From NCBI GenBank assembly GCA_964658305.1, contig OZ210885.1:2046001-2110000 (forward strand): DNA of 64,000 bases. Direction: 5' to 3'. The translations under genes and the position numbers were made by a program. This document shows, piece after piece, positions 37,401 through 49,400 of the stretch. This DNA comes from Leptogorgia sarmentosa (taxonomy: Eukaryota). Within the stretch, counting starts at the first letter, position 1, and every line of letters starts with the position of its first letter. The notes beneath the pieces were generated by a model. That model saw only the letters and a program-made list of their open reading frames with translations, did not search any database and had not been told where the DNA came from.

Positions 37401-40400
37401 AATGAGGTTCTACTGTAAGTACTGTTAGATTGATATAGTTTATAATTCATACGTTTATTTTCTCTACTTAATATTAAAATATCAAAGTATAGTAATTCCA
37501 CAATAAGTACAAGGTTCAAAAATGTACGAATGTACATGATTGTGGGCATCATGCATGCAGGTCCTACTGTTCGATATTTTTCTCTGTTCATCTTTCAAAA
37601 GCACTTCAGTTCTTTAAAAAAACACATGCTTTCGCAACAGTACAATCTTGCTCTTACGTTTTTGTCAACAAAGAAAACTGAGCACCTTCATGCTGTTGGA
37701 CAGCGGCAAACTGTCATGGCTGTTACTAATCAGGTAGTATTTGCGTCAGTATTTTCGCCATAGCATCAGACACCAGAAAGAAAAGGACTGACTTACCTGG
37801 GCGAAGAATCAAGGGAGGTATTTGACGAATACATTTTTGGACATGGCGCTAAAGGAAAGAATTATCAATTTTATTATTAGCACGACCTAATTGAATTTAT
37901 GACTATATACTTTCAAAGCACAATACTGCCACCAATTCTATTAACTAGGGATCCAAGGATAGTGCAAAGTTTCTAAGGCCTAGGTCGAACGTCGAACTTT
38001 TCATGCGCTGAACCTAATGCAAATGAGCTCAAACAAAGAACTTGGCTGATTAACATTAGGTTCGGCACATGAAAAGTTCGACGTTTGAACTAGGCCTTAG
38101 AGGACATTAAAATCATATTTTTCAAAAGAAAACTAAGGAAACATTGTTGACGTGATACGAGAAAATAATCACTATTTTATTGTCAGGAAGCAACTGCCAT
38201 CGCAGCAGCGCGCGTGTAAAGCAAATCAATAAATCTCTGACCTCTGACCTTTTTGAAATTATATACACATCGTACTGAACAAATGATCTTAAAGTGCTAC
38301 TGAATCGAAATTTTGGGTATGCGTTTTTTTACATAAATCACAATGTGGCACGCTACTTCTGCGTCTTAATAAAATATCCAGTTTATTCACAGTATCAGCC
38401 AACGTTAAATTTACTTTTGTATGCCTATATGTGGTTTAGTTCATTTAGTATCGAAAATTCTGTAAATCCCCGGTATTTTCGGGCAAACAAACAGCCCAAG
38501 CTTAGTGATGCCGTCGACCAGAGTCGGAGACAGCGAAAACAAACACGAAAGCTATAAATGCGAAAGCTCGCAAATATGTTGCCTATCATTAACCAATTTA
38601 AAATATGTGACGAGTTCTACTGTGTTACACATTTTAGTTTGCCCGCAATGTCGGCCAACTAAAGTTTTAATATAAATACGCACGGCGGCTGTTAACAGTA
38701 CTAAATTGTCCATGACAAATACAAGTTTTCTACTAATTCAAATCTCTAATTGCTTTATCAACGCATTCAGACATGTTGGCCACATTATATTATCATCACA
38801 GTCAGTGAATTACTGATTCACGGCCCCACTCATAGCGTCCGCCATATTGTGTAATTTTATTCCCCAGAAGTGCTGAGTTGCAATTTTTGCAAAAACTGAA
38901 ATTCCGGAGGGGCGTCCGCCATTGTGTACTGTATTTCTGCGCTTCTTTGATCACATTTCACTTCTAACAAACTTTCATATCAATGAGAACAACTGCAAAT
39001 AATAATGAGCAACGATATATAACTGCAATCGAATCATTTTTGTTCAAACATTTCAAGGATATCAGTCAAATACCGAGTTTCGCATGTCAGGAGAATTTGG
39101 GACGCTCCCCCCGGAGTTTACACTATGAATGACTGAATGACTACATGACTACATGACTACATGACTACATGACTACATGACTGATGTGAATTTTCGCCAC
39201 TCATCACAATACTGCAAAGTTTCTTTGAAACTTTGCACTAAAAATGGCGCTTTTTGTGATTGTTGTGCTCAATTGATCAGTTTTTATCGTGTGCCAGCGA
39301 TAAAGTCAAATATTCTAGGGATAATGTTTGGGGACATTTGAGGGACACTTGAGGATTTGTAACGCAAGGGGTCCATACTTAGCCATATATTCTCCTCACT
39401 TGTACAAATTCGAAAATGTTCGTAAAGGAAATCAAATTTTACATAGACTAAATCACATCCTCCAAAGGGTGGCAGCGTTTAAGGAGATCTTATATAAAAA
39501 GTTGATATTTAAGAAGTTGATAATTAAGATATAACCTACAGTGTTCTGGACTGAGCTGCTCTGTATAGTCTCCTGTTGATTTTTTCCTCCATGATATTTT
39601 AGACCACCAAGGACTGCCTGGCGGCGTTTTGCTTTTCTGGACAGGACTGCTCGAGGTACGATTTGCTGCTATGCTGAAATTATACAACACATCGACCGTT
39701 TTTAAGTAAATACAATGTAAGAAATAATCAGATTGACTTAGTTTGATGAGCGTAGTGTTTACCTTCTTAATGAACTGATATCTGTTCCAGCACGTGGTCG
39801 ATAGGGATAAGGTGATGATGTGTCGTTGCTAGAAACAAATAAAACAAAGAATAAAAATACATGAAAAACTATACAGTAAGATATAAAAGGGGCTGAAAGT
39901 GAAAGGTACGATTCCTTGCGCGATTTTCCCCTTTTGATGGATGTAAACGAGTGAACATGACAAAAATGTTCAGGTGACGAAACATGCACCAAGAACAGTC
40001 GCTACTACTCCACTCTTTCACACCTATCGGAGAATCGCACGGGAAATCGCACTTTAAATTACGAATGTAAACTTACCCATCATGGGATCGATTGAGTCTT
40101 GGAGAGCCACAAGAATCCACTCTTTTCCGTGGAGGGTCTAAAATTAAAATTTCATGAAATGGTTAACAAAATTCTAGGAAAACATTAGAAAGACCTTCAA
40201 TACCAAGAATGACTTGCCTAAGATTTGAGCGTGTTCCTTCCGAATTGCTTTGGGAACAACATCAGCACTAGACGGTCGACGTTCTTTTCGCTCGAGAAGA
40301 AGATAATATATGACTTTTTCCATATTGTCACTGCAAAAATACAGCAAATTATTGCTAATTTGGCTTGCAAACTTGTTTGGCATTACAATTACATGTGCGC

Positions 40401-43400
40401 CATTAATCTTATAGGGATCGGATTGTAACGAAACTAAAATGAATTTTGAACCTGGAAGCAAAACCTCGCTAGAGTCGTGCTTGATATTATACAATATTTG
40501 AAAAATGTTACTCACTCTTCTCGTAGCAATTTTTCAACAAGCCTTTCTTTATCATGAAAACATCCCAAACTGTTCATAGAGGTCAGAACATCTGGATCGA
40601 TGTCGTCACGAATTGATATTGCTTCCGTTTTTACAACCTTTTGTACCGGAAGTTGTTCATGTATGTCCACACTAAAAATGAGAGAAGATAAATTCGTATC
40701 AGTCATGGAGAACACTTTTTCACGACACACCATCCTCGTGTTCCCGAATGACAGGGATCTAATCTCAATGCACGGAAAAGGACTGGGACTAGCGGTCGGA
40801 AAGAGATACACTTTTCGATTGAAACAACTGAATACCTCCCAAAATAGACTTTATTTCGATTCCATATTTTTTGTCAGAGCTATAATAGTTCTCATAACCA
40901 AACATATACAAAATTTCAACTAGTTTGATATGGAATAATGAAAGGTACAATCAAAAATGGATTTCTATTCGGGCAACCCTTCCTGAGAGCTGATTGGCTG
41001 AAACATGAACGCGAGATCACTTGGTCCCGGCCGGCGTTCGTAAATCAAAACGTGGCTATCTTAATAAGCTATTTTAATATAATGCGCTCTTTCATCTTCG
41101 CGTTGACAGCATTCTCCAAAAATAACAAATTTCATACTAAAAGTAAGCGTACCTTTTCAAAAACTGATGATTCAAAATCTGTTTCAGCTACAAAAAATAC
41201 CATCCAGAAATGAATATGCAGTGATGAAAACGAAGTTATCATGCAGACCTTCTTTAATCCCTGTTTCCAACTACAGACTGTCCCTGCGGTAACTACAGCT
41301 AACAGCTACACACTCTGATGTACTGTATCAACATACCGATATTCTTCTGACTGGATCAACTTTAATCATTTCTTTTATAAGATTTTGACATTCAGATGGG
41401 ACATTATCGGGAATACGGAACACTCCTTTTTTAACCTAAAAAAACAAAAGACGTCACGAGGTAGAATACAGGTTTTTATGCCATATTGACAGACTATTTC
41501 TTTATCGCTGGTGGTATATGTATGATATTGTAATGTTTGACGAATACTGTAATAACATTCCAAAAAATAGCATCCTGAATACAACGATGATACAAACCTT
41601 TTCCAGTAAATGCCGCAAATTATCGTCATCGAATGGTAAAACGCCCTAGAAATGAAGAACGCAATAAATTTCATAGAGAACTCCACGCAAGTGACTACAT
41701 AAAAACTATAAATATAAATCCAGGGATATTTTAAAGTCCCTAGAATATTGTCCAACGTTACGTTGACAGTACTGTATATACAATGTTGCAATTGACGTCA
41801 TACCATTGTCAAGACAATGCAATGTGGGAAACATGTGAAATAAAATTTAACTATATTTACATGCGTGGAAAAGCGTGTGACGTAAGTAAGGTCTATGCAA
41901 TGTACTACATGATAATTTCACAAAACCGCTAATGTTCATGAATGCAACTGGAGCTAGATTTTCGTCAAAAATCCATACACATAGACTGTACAAGTCCAGG
42001 GTCAGTAATTTATTATAATGAATGTGAGTGAAATATTTATCAGTTATCGACCTGGAACGAGGGGTATTCCACAAAAAAATACCCCGAGGAATGAAATATT
42101 CCGAGGGCGCAGCCCGAGGAATATTTCATTCCGAGGGGTATTTTTTTGTGGAATACCCCGAGTGAAAGGTCGATAACAGATATATTATACCGAAAATTTT
42201 TCATCTTCGACACATTCTGTGTTTTGTCGGCCATGTTGCCAAGGAAATTGCCCGCAAAACAGGCCAGGCAGGAGGTCAAAGTCCAAGTAGAGGGGAATAT
42301 AAAGTGGAATTACCCTCCCAAGGTCAAATCGAGGGAAATACCGTAAAAAATCACACTATCACGTGGTACAAATGCTGTTTTTTCATTGGACAATTTGAAT
42401 TTGAGGTATAATATTAGAAAATACGTCCCTCATATTTTCCACAAGTGAATACTAAAAAACATTTATTAATAATAAGTAATTTCAACGCACGCGCTTTCTC
42501 GCGAGATCCACGATAGCTTCTCTTATTTTGTCATTTGTATTTTTGATAACAAAATTGGCAATTTGTGACATTTCTCTAAAGTTTTGGATGACGGATTTGG
42601 CAAGATTTTTCCAGAAGCAAACGTAAGTGAGTATACAAGAGAAAACTAAATGACATTTCGCGAGTACTTTCATTAAACTTTGGGTAATAGCAACAAAATT
42701 TGACACCCTTACTTGAAAGAACGTTTAGAATTATTTACATTAAATCTTTTTACAGATTTTTAATGTCTTGCATGCTTGAATCTCCCGCACTTCCCATAAA
42801 TATTACATCCTCTATACATTCTTACCACAACTAGAGCATATAAAATCACTCCACAACTCCAAATATCTGCTTTCCGCCCGTCGTATTTTATGCCCTACAC
42901 GACACGAAAGAGGAAAATTATTTGGGCCATTAGGACAACGAAAACTATGTATATCGGTTTACATAAGACGTGATAGTATACGAGACCCAAACTAGACGTA
43001 TAAATGGTACACAATGTTTACATATGTCGTTTCTTTTACATAACATGCAGTTACTCTCAAATGGCAGGTATTGAAGAAGTAACTGTAATCTGATTGTTCA
43101 AGAAGTGTGCAAATTTTTTTTCACAGTGACACATACCTTGACTACTTCTGGACATGCATAATGTGGTGATCTGAAACAAGATCCTTAAATTAGGATGCAA
43201 AAAGTAAAGCCTCACGTCACAGTGGCGTATCATGGCGTATATGATCGTTAATCATATAGAGGGCAAAATTACTAGAATTTGATTGGCTAATGAGGAGGGC
43301 ATTTTTTCTTAATTCAGGGGCAAAATTACTTGGCCCTGATTGGCTAAATTTTCAGAATGTTTTTGTGTTCATTTCATGTCGGACTAATGGCTTCCTCGCA

Positions 43401-46400
43401 GTATTTATCGCGTGTGAAATCGACAAATTCAGTTAGTTTCAAACAATTTGGTGAATATTTGAACAATTTTTTTTGAATAAACCTGTCGTGTATATAATTT
43501 GTATATCGTTTATTGCATTTCCCAGCGTTTTTAAGCGACATTTTAATAACTACATGACGCTCGAAGTGCCGAATCTAAAACCTAAAGTTGACATTCAATT
43601 TCTCGCGATTTATGTTTGAATAGATCTTATCTTCAATATGATTATCGTCGTAAATGCACCATGGGGCCTTATTAATGAGTGCAATGATACTAATGAGATG
43701 GTTTCAATTTGGGAAAAAATATTTACAGACATTTTAGACATTCATGCTCCTTTAAGAAAACAGAGAGTGAAAAACAAGGCCTCTCCTTGGCTGACCTCTG
43801 AAATAAAGAAATTGATGCATAAAAGAGACTATTTGAAAAAGAAATCAATTTCAAATAAATCGAAAGCCACATTTGAAGCATATAAACGTGTTCGCAATAA
43901 AATTAATGCTGAAATTAAAAGAGCTAAGGTCAACTATCTCAATAAAGAAATTGATAATGATAACCAAAACAGCTGGCATACTTGGAGGGCTATTAACACT
44001 CTTTTGGGTCGCAAATCAAAAGTCACTGGTGTTAGGGAACTAAATGTAGATGAAAACACTATAACTGATCCCCATACTATATCTGAAACATTTAATAATC
44101 ATTTTTCAACAGTTGGTTTCAAGATCAGTAATAGTGTTCCATACACCACTACCCCACCAGAGACATTTGTTAAACAAAGTGACACATCATTTGAATTTTC
44201 TACAGTTGCCCCCTCAGTCATTGAAAATATGCTGTCTAGGCTGTCTGTTCGAAAAGCTTCAGGTCTTGATAAGATTTCAGCTGACATTTTACGACACGCT
44301 GCTCCAGTTATTAGTGGTCCATTAAGCATCATATTTAATCAATCTATTCAAACAAGTGTATTTCCTGATAGATGGAAAAATAGGTACACAAAGTGTACAT
44401 GTATCTGCGCCTATGTGAGGTTGCGCCTATGTAGCTTGATGATCAAGTCTTATTTGTTTTCAGCTTTTCGATACACGCATGTTATCTGTCCCTAATACAC
44501 GATCTTGCATGTATAAAATGGTTTACTGCTAGGGAATAGGCGAATAGCGCAAAAAAATACTAGGCAAGACGTGTGGTTGTGCGGAGACGTATACAATACT
44601 TGATATAAGCTTTCATGACTATCTCGCATTCCGGAATTCCCGCCATCATATATCAAATTGCATAAGGAATTGAAACTTGACGACATATGATATCGCATTT
44701 TATGTTATTGCGTCTTAGACACAGCGCTTTGCGATTGTTTGTGAAAAATGTGGCTCTCTAAAAACCAAATTTACCCTTTCCAATACCGTATCATAATAAT
44801 ATATTTATATACAATATATTCCGTCCATTCATGCGCATTTGCGTAGACGCTAAAGTGTATGTATGAGCGGTATGCGCATTGCGCGTAGGTTCAAAACAGA
44901 ATACTTGAAACTATATATGATTTCGTTTGTTTTGTCTCGCGCTTAATAAACGCACAAACCCGTTTTATTACAAGCTACGAAATCTATTTTCCTGGGATTG
45001 AATGTTTCAACGATTCCGTATGGCGAAGCGTCAAAATATAGTAGATATTCCGTGATCACAATGACACCGCGGGCAGTCCAAACATGTACAGTATGTCAGT
45101 GCGACAGTGCCGACACGCTAAAGTATCGTAGGGAAAATATACGCGCAATTGTGTCAAGACATTAAACTCTTTCATAACCTTAAATATTCGCTGTGTTCAA
45201 TTGTATAAATTGCGTCATGATATTTTTGCTTTGATGATCTAAATTGCATAGCGAACGCGAACCTCTTTAATTAATATCTTTAAAAGCAATGACAATGTCT
45301 GCAATTTGCGTCATGATATTTTTGCGTATAAATTTCCTTAGTATAAATAGTGTTCTAAACGGCGCAAACGCTCATAAATTAACCTCTATTTCAGTGAAGT
45401 CACTCGTCGCTGCGAACATTATGTTTCTTTATATCTGGATATTCATGCGAAACAAAATCCACGATCAAACAGACAAACACATCACCACTCTTTAGCTCGC
45501 GCCTATATCAGCCGCCATTTTGTAATATTTAGCCCGCAAGAACTCCACGTTGGTTCCCTTAAATTTGCGGGTGGGCTCAGTGAGAATTACGTCATCTTAA
45601 TGTTACGTTGTCGCCTATTGGCTAAATTTAACTAACGAATTCGCTGATTGGCTGCAAGCTAACAGTTAACAGCTAACAGCTAACAGCTAACAGCTAACAG
45701 CTAACAGCTAACAGCTAACAGCTAACAACTCGATAGCAATATATCTGCGTCACTACGTCACGCAGATACAAAAATAGGTACACAAAGTGTACATGTATCT
45801 GCGCCTATGTGAGGTTGCGCCTATGTAGCTTGATGATCAAGTCTTATTTGTTTTCAGCTTTTCGATACACGCATCTTATCTGTCCCTAATACACGATCTT
45901 GCATGTATAAAATGGTTTACTGCTAGGGAATAGGCGAATAGCGCAAAAAAATACTAGGCAATAGCCTCCTCCGCAGGCATCTCTTGTCTCTGATCTCTTC
46001 TTGTCTCTGATCTCTATGTACTAACTGTAGTGGGGGCGGGGAAAAAATTCGGAGAGATGCCTGCCATAAATCGACACAATAACTTGCACTGCGCATACCG
46101 GCTCGCGCATACAAATCGTTACTGTGGGGGGGACATAAAGGCAACATTGAAGTAATTTGTCGGCTTTGTCATTTGATACTTTTTCTTTGGGAGTGGGGAG
46201 AGGCTATTTTGTTATCAAAATACTAATGCGAAAGCTGAAAGAGAGAAAAATATAATTGAGAAAATATCGAATCTCCCCGCGTTTGATCCATTAAATGCAC
46301 GCGGTTTTCACGCTAGTTGTGAAGAAGAAGGCCTAAATGTCTCAGTCCAAGCAAATTGTTCACGAGAGGCAGCAATTAAAATGGGATTACTGTTCGTTGA

Positions 46401-49400
46401 GTTGAGCGCTTTACGGAATATGTCAGAGTCAAAAAACGTTGTTGTTATCGACTCCAAATTGCAACTTAAAGAGTTGTATGACGTTAAGATAAGCAACGGG
46501 GAAGTATTTGTGGAATTAATTCAAGTCTTAGAACGATCTTGATCTTTGGTCGCTTCAATATCTGCGGCAAGCTTGCCTAACTGTGTTTTTAAATTTTGCG
46601 TATCCCTTAGCTTCACTTGTATTGCCGATTGTCTCTTTCTCACATCCTGTACAACGCTACCGTAATCTTTGCTAGCAATCGGCAAGGAACTTTTCTTGTA
46701 AATTGGAATCTTTGAAGCCATCAGGAAAACACTGCCTTCGCTCTTCGATCGAATCCGACAAACTGAATTTATAATTAGCTAGGACGCAAAAAACTACTTA
46801 GGGGACCCTGCTCCCGTATGACGTCCAATGAGGTGCCATCAGACGTCCACTTTGTTCGATTTATGGCAGGCATCTCTCCCGATTTTTTTTCGCCTTCCCC
46901 GACACAGCTAACCCAAGCCGAATGTTAAAACTCTTAATAACACTAGAGATGCCTGCGGAGGAGGCTAACTAGGCAAGACGTGTGGTTGTGCGGAGACGTA
47001 TACAATACTTGATATAAGCTTTCATGACTATCTCGCATTCCGGAATTCCCGCCATCATATATCAAATTGCATAAGGAATTGAAACTTGACGACATATGAT
47101 ATCGCATTTTATGTTATTGCGTCTTAGACACAGCGCTTTGCGATTGTTTGTGAAAAATGTGGCTCTCTAAAAACCAAATTTACCCTTTCCAATACCGTAT
47201 CATAATAATATATTTATATACAATATATTCCGTCCATTCATGCGCATTTGCGTAGACGCTAAAGTGTATATATGAGCGGTATGCGCATTGCGCGTAGGTT
47301 CAAAACAGAATACTTGAAACTATATATGATTTCGTTTGTTTTGTCTCGCGCTTAATAAACGCACAAACCCGTTTTATTACAAGCTACGAAATCTATTTTC
47401 CTGGGATTGAATGTTTCAACGATTCCGTATGGCGAAGCGTCAAAATATAGTAGATATTCCGTGATCACAATGACACCGCGGGCAGTCCAAACATGTACAG
47501 TATGTCAGTGCGACAGTGCCGACACGCTAAAGTATCGTAGGGAAAATATACGCGCAATTGTGTCAAGACATTAAACTCTTTCATAACCTTAAATATTCGC
47601 TGTGTTCAATTGTATAAATTGCGTCATGATATTTTTGCTTTGATGATCTAAATTGCATAGCGAACGCGAACCTCTTTAATTAATATCTTTAAAAGCAATG
47701 ACAATGTCTGCAATTTGCGTCATGATATTTTTGCGTATAAATTTCCTTAGTATAAATAGTGTTCTAAACGGCGCAAACGCTCATAAATTAACCTCTATTT
47801 CAGTGAAGTCACTCGTCGCTGCGAACATTATGTTTCTTTATATCTGGATATTCATGCGAAACAAAATCCACGATCAAACAGACAAACACATCACCACTCT
47901 TTAGCTCGCGCCTATATCAGCCGCCATTTTGTAATATTTAGCCCGCAAGAACTCCACGTTGGTTCCCTTAAATTTGCGGGTGGGCTCAGTGAGAATTACG
48001 TCATCTTAATGTTACGTTGTCGCCTATTGGCTAAATTTAACTAACGAATTCGCTGATTGGCTGCAAGCTAACAGTTAACAGCTAACAGCTAACAGCTAAC
48101 AGCTAACAACTCGATAGCAATATATCTGCGTCACTACGTCACGCAGATACAAAAATGCTAAAGTTTTTCCAGTTCACAAGGGCAATGCCAAGGACGATCC
48201 CAATAACTACAGGCCTATCTCTGTGTTACCAGTAGTAGCCAAGGTTTTTGAAAAACTGATCTATGATCAAGTTTATTATTATTTAAACGAAAATAACATC
48301 CTGAGCCAATTTCAATCAGGGTTTAGATCTGGCAATTCTACTGTCACTGCTCTCCTTCAAGCTACTGAAAACTGGTATAAAAATATAGATTGTGGTTATA
48401 TTAATGGAGTAGTTCTCGTTGATTTAAGCAAAGCATTTGATACTGTTGACCATACAATCCTGTTGAAAAAACTGGGTATGTACGGAATCAATAACACTCC
48501 TCTGGATTGGTTCAAATCATACTTAGATGATAGGCAGCAGTGTTGTATGGTGAATGGTATTCAATCAGAATTCAAACCCATAACCACAGGTGTTCCTCAG
48601 GGATCCATCCTAGGTCCACTATTATTTCTACTTTACATTAATGACCTCCCAAACTGTTTGACATCTACCACCCCTGGTATGTATGCGGATGATACTCAAA
48701 TTACAGCCTCAGCTGAAACTACAAATGAACTTGAAAATATTTTAAATTTTGATCTTAAAAATCTGCATACATGGCTTTGTGCAAATAAATTATCTGCTAA
48801 TTGTACAAAAACAGAATTTATTGCAATAGCTTCAAATTATCGCCTCAATCAGTTCACAAATGAACCCAAAATTGAGCTAAATAATGAAGCTATAAAAAGA
48901 GTCAAAAAATCTAAACTACTTGGTGTTATGGTGGATGACAAACTTCTTTGGGATGCTCATATAAATGAAATAATTGTTCCAAAAGTTTTAAAGGGTTTAA
49001 GGATGCTTCGTCAACTAAGGGACCTACTTCCATTACGTAACTTGATTGAAGTATACAATGCACTCGTATCCCCCCATTTTGATTATTGTAGTCTCATATG
49101 GGGAAATTGTGGCACTGTGTTAAAAAACAAGCTCCAGAAACTTCAAAACAGAGCTGCACGTATCATTACTAGATCGGGTTACGAAATAAGATCAACCTCT
49201 ATTCTCAGTTTGTTAAATTGGAGTAACCTAGAATCTAAAATGACCCAAACAAAAGCTAATATGATGTTTAAAATAGTAAATGGTGCTGCCCCTAACCATT
49301 TACAGGAAATGTTTTCTTTTGTTAATGAAAGTCACAGTTACAACCTGAAAAATTCGGATGTTAATCTTAAAATTCCATTGCCACGAACTGAATATTTAAA

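Noticed and set aside
39536..39539. Alternative BRSK exon-17 donor AG|GTTATA
   Set aside because: It puts the next exon out of frame with a stop; CACT|GTAGGT keeps the frame.
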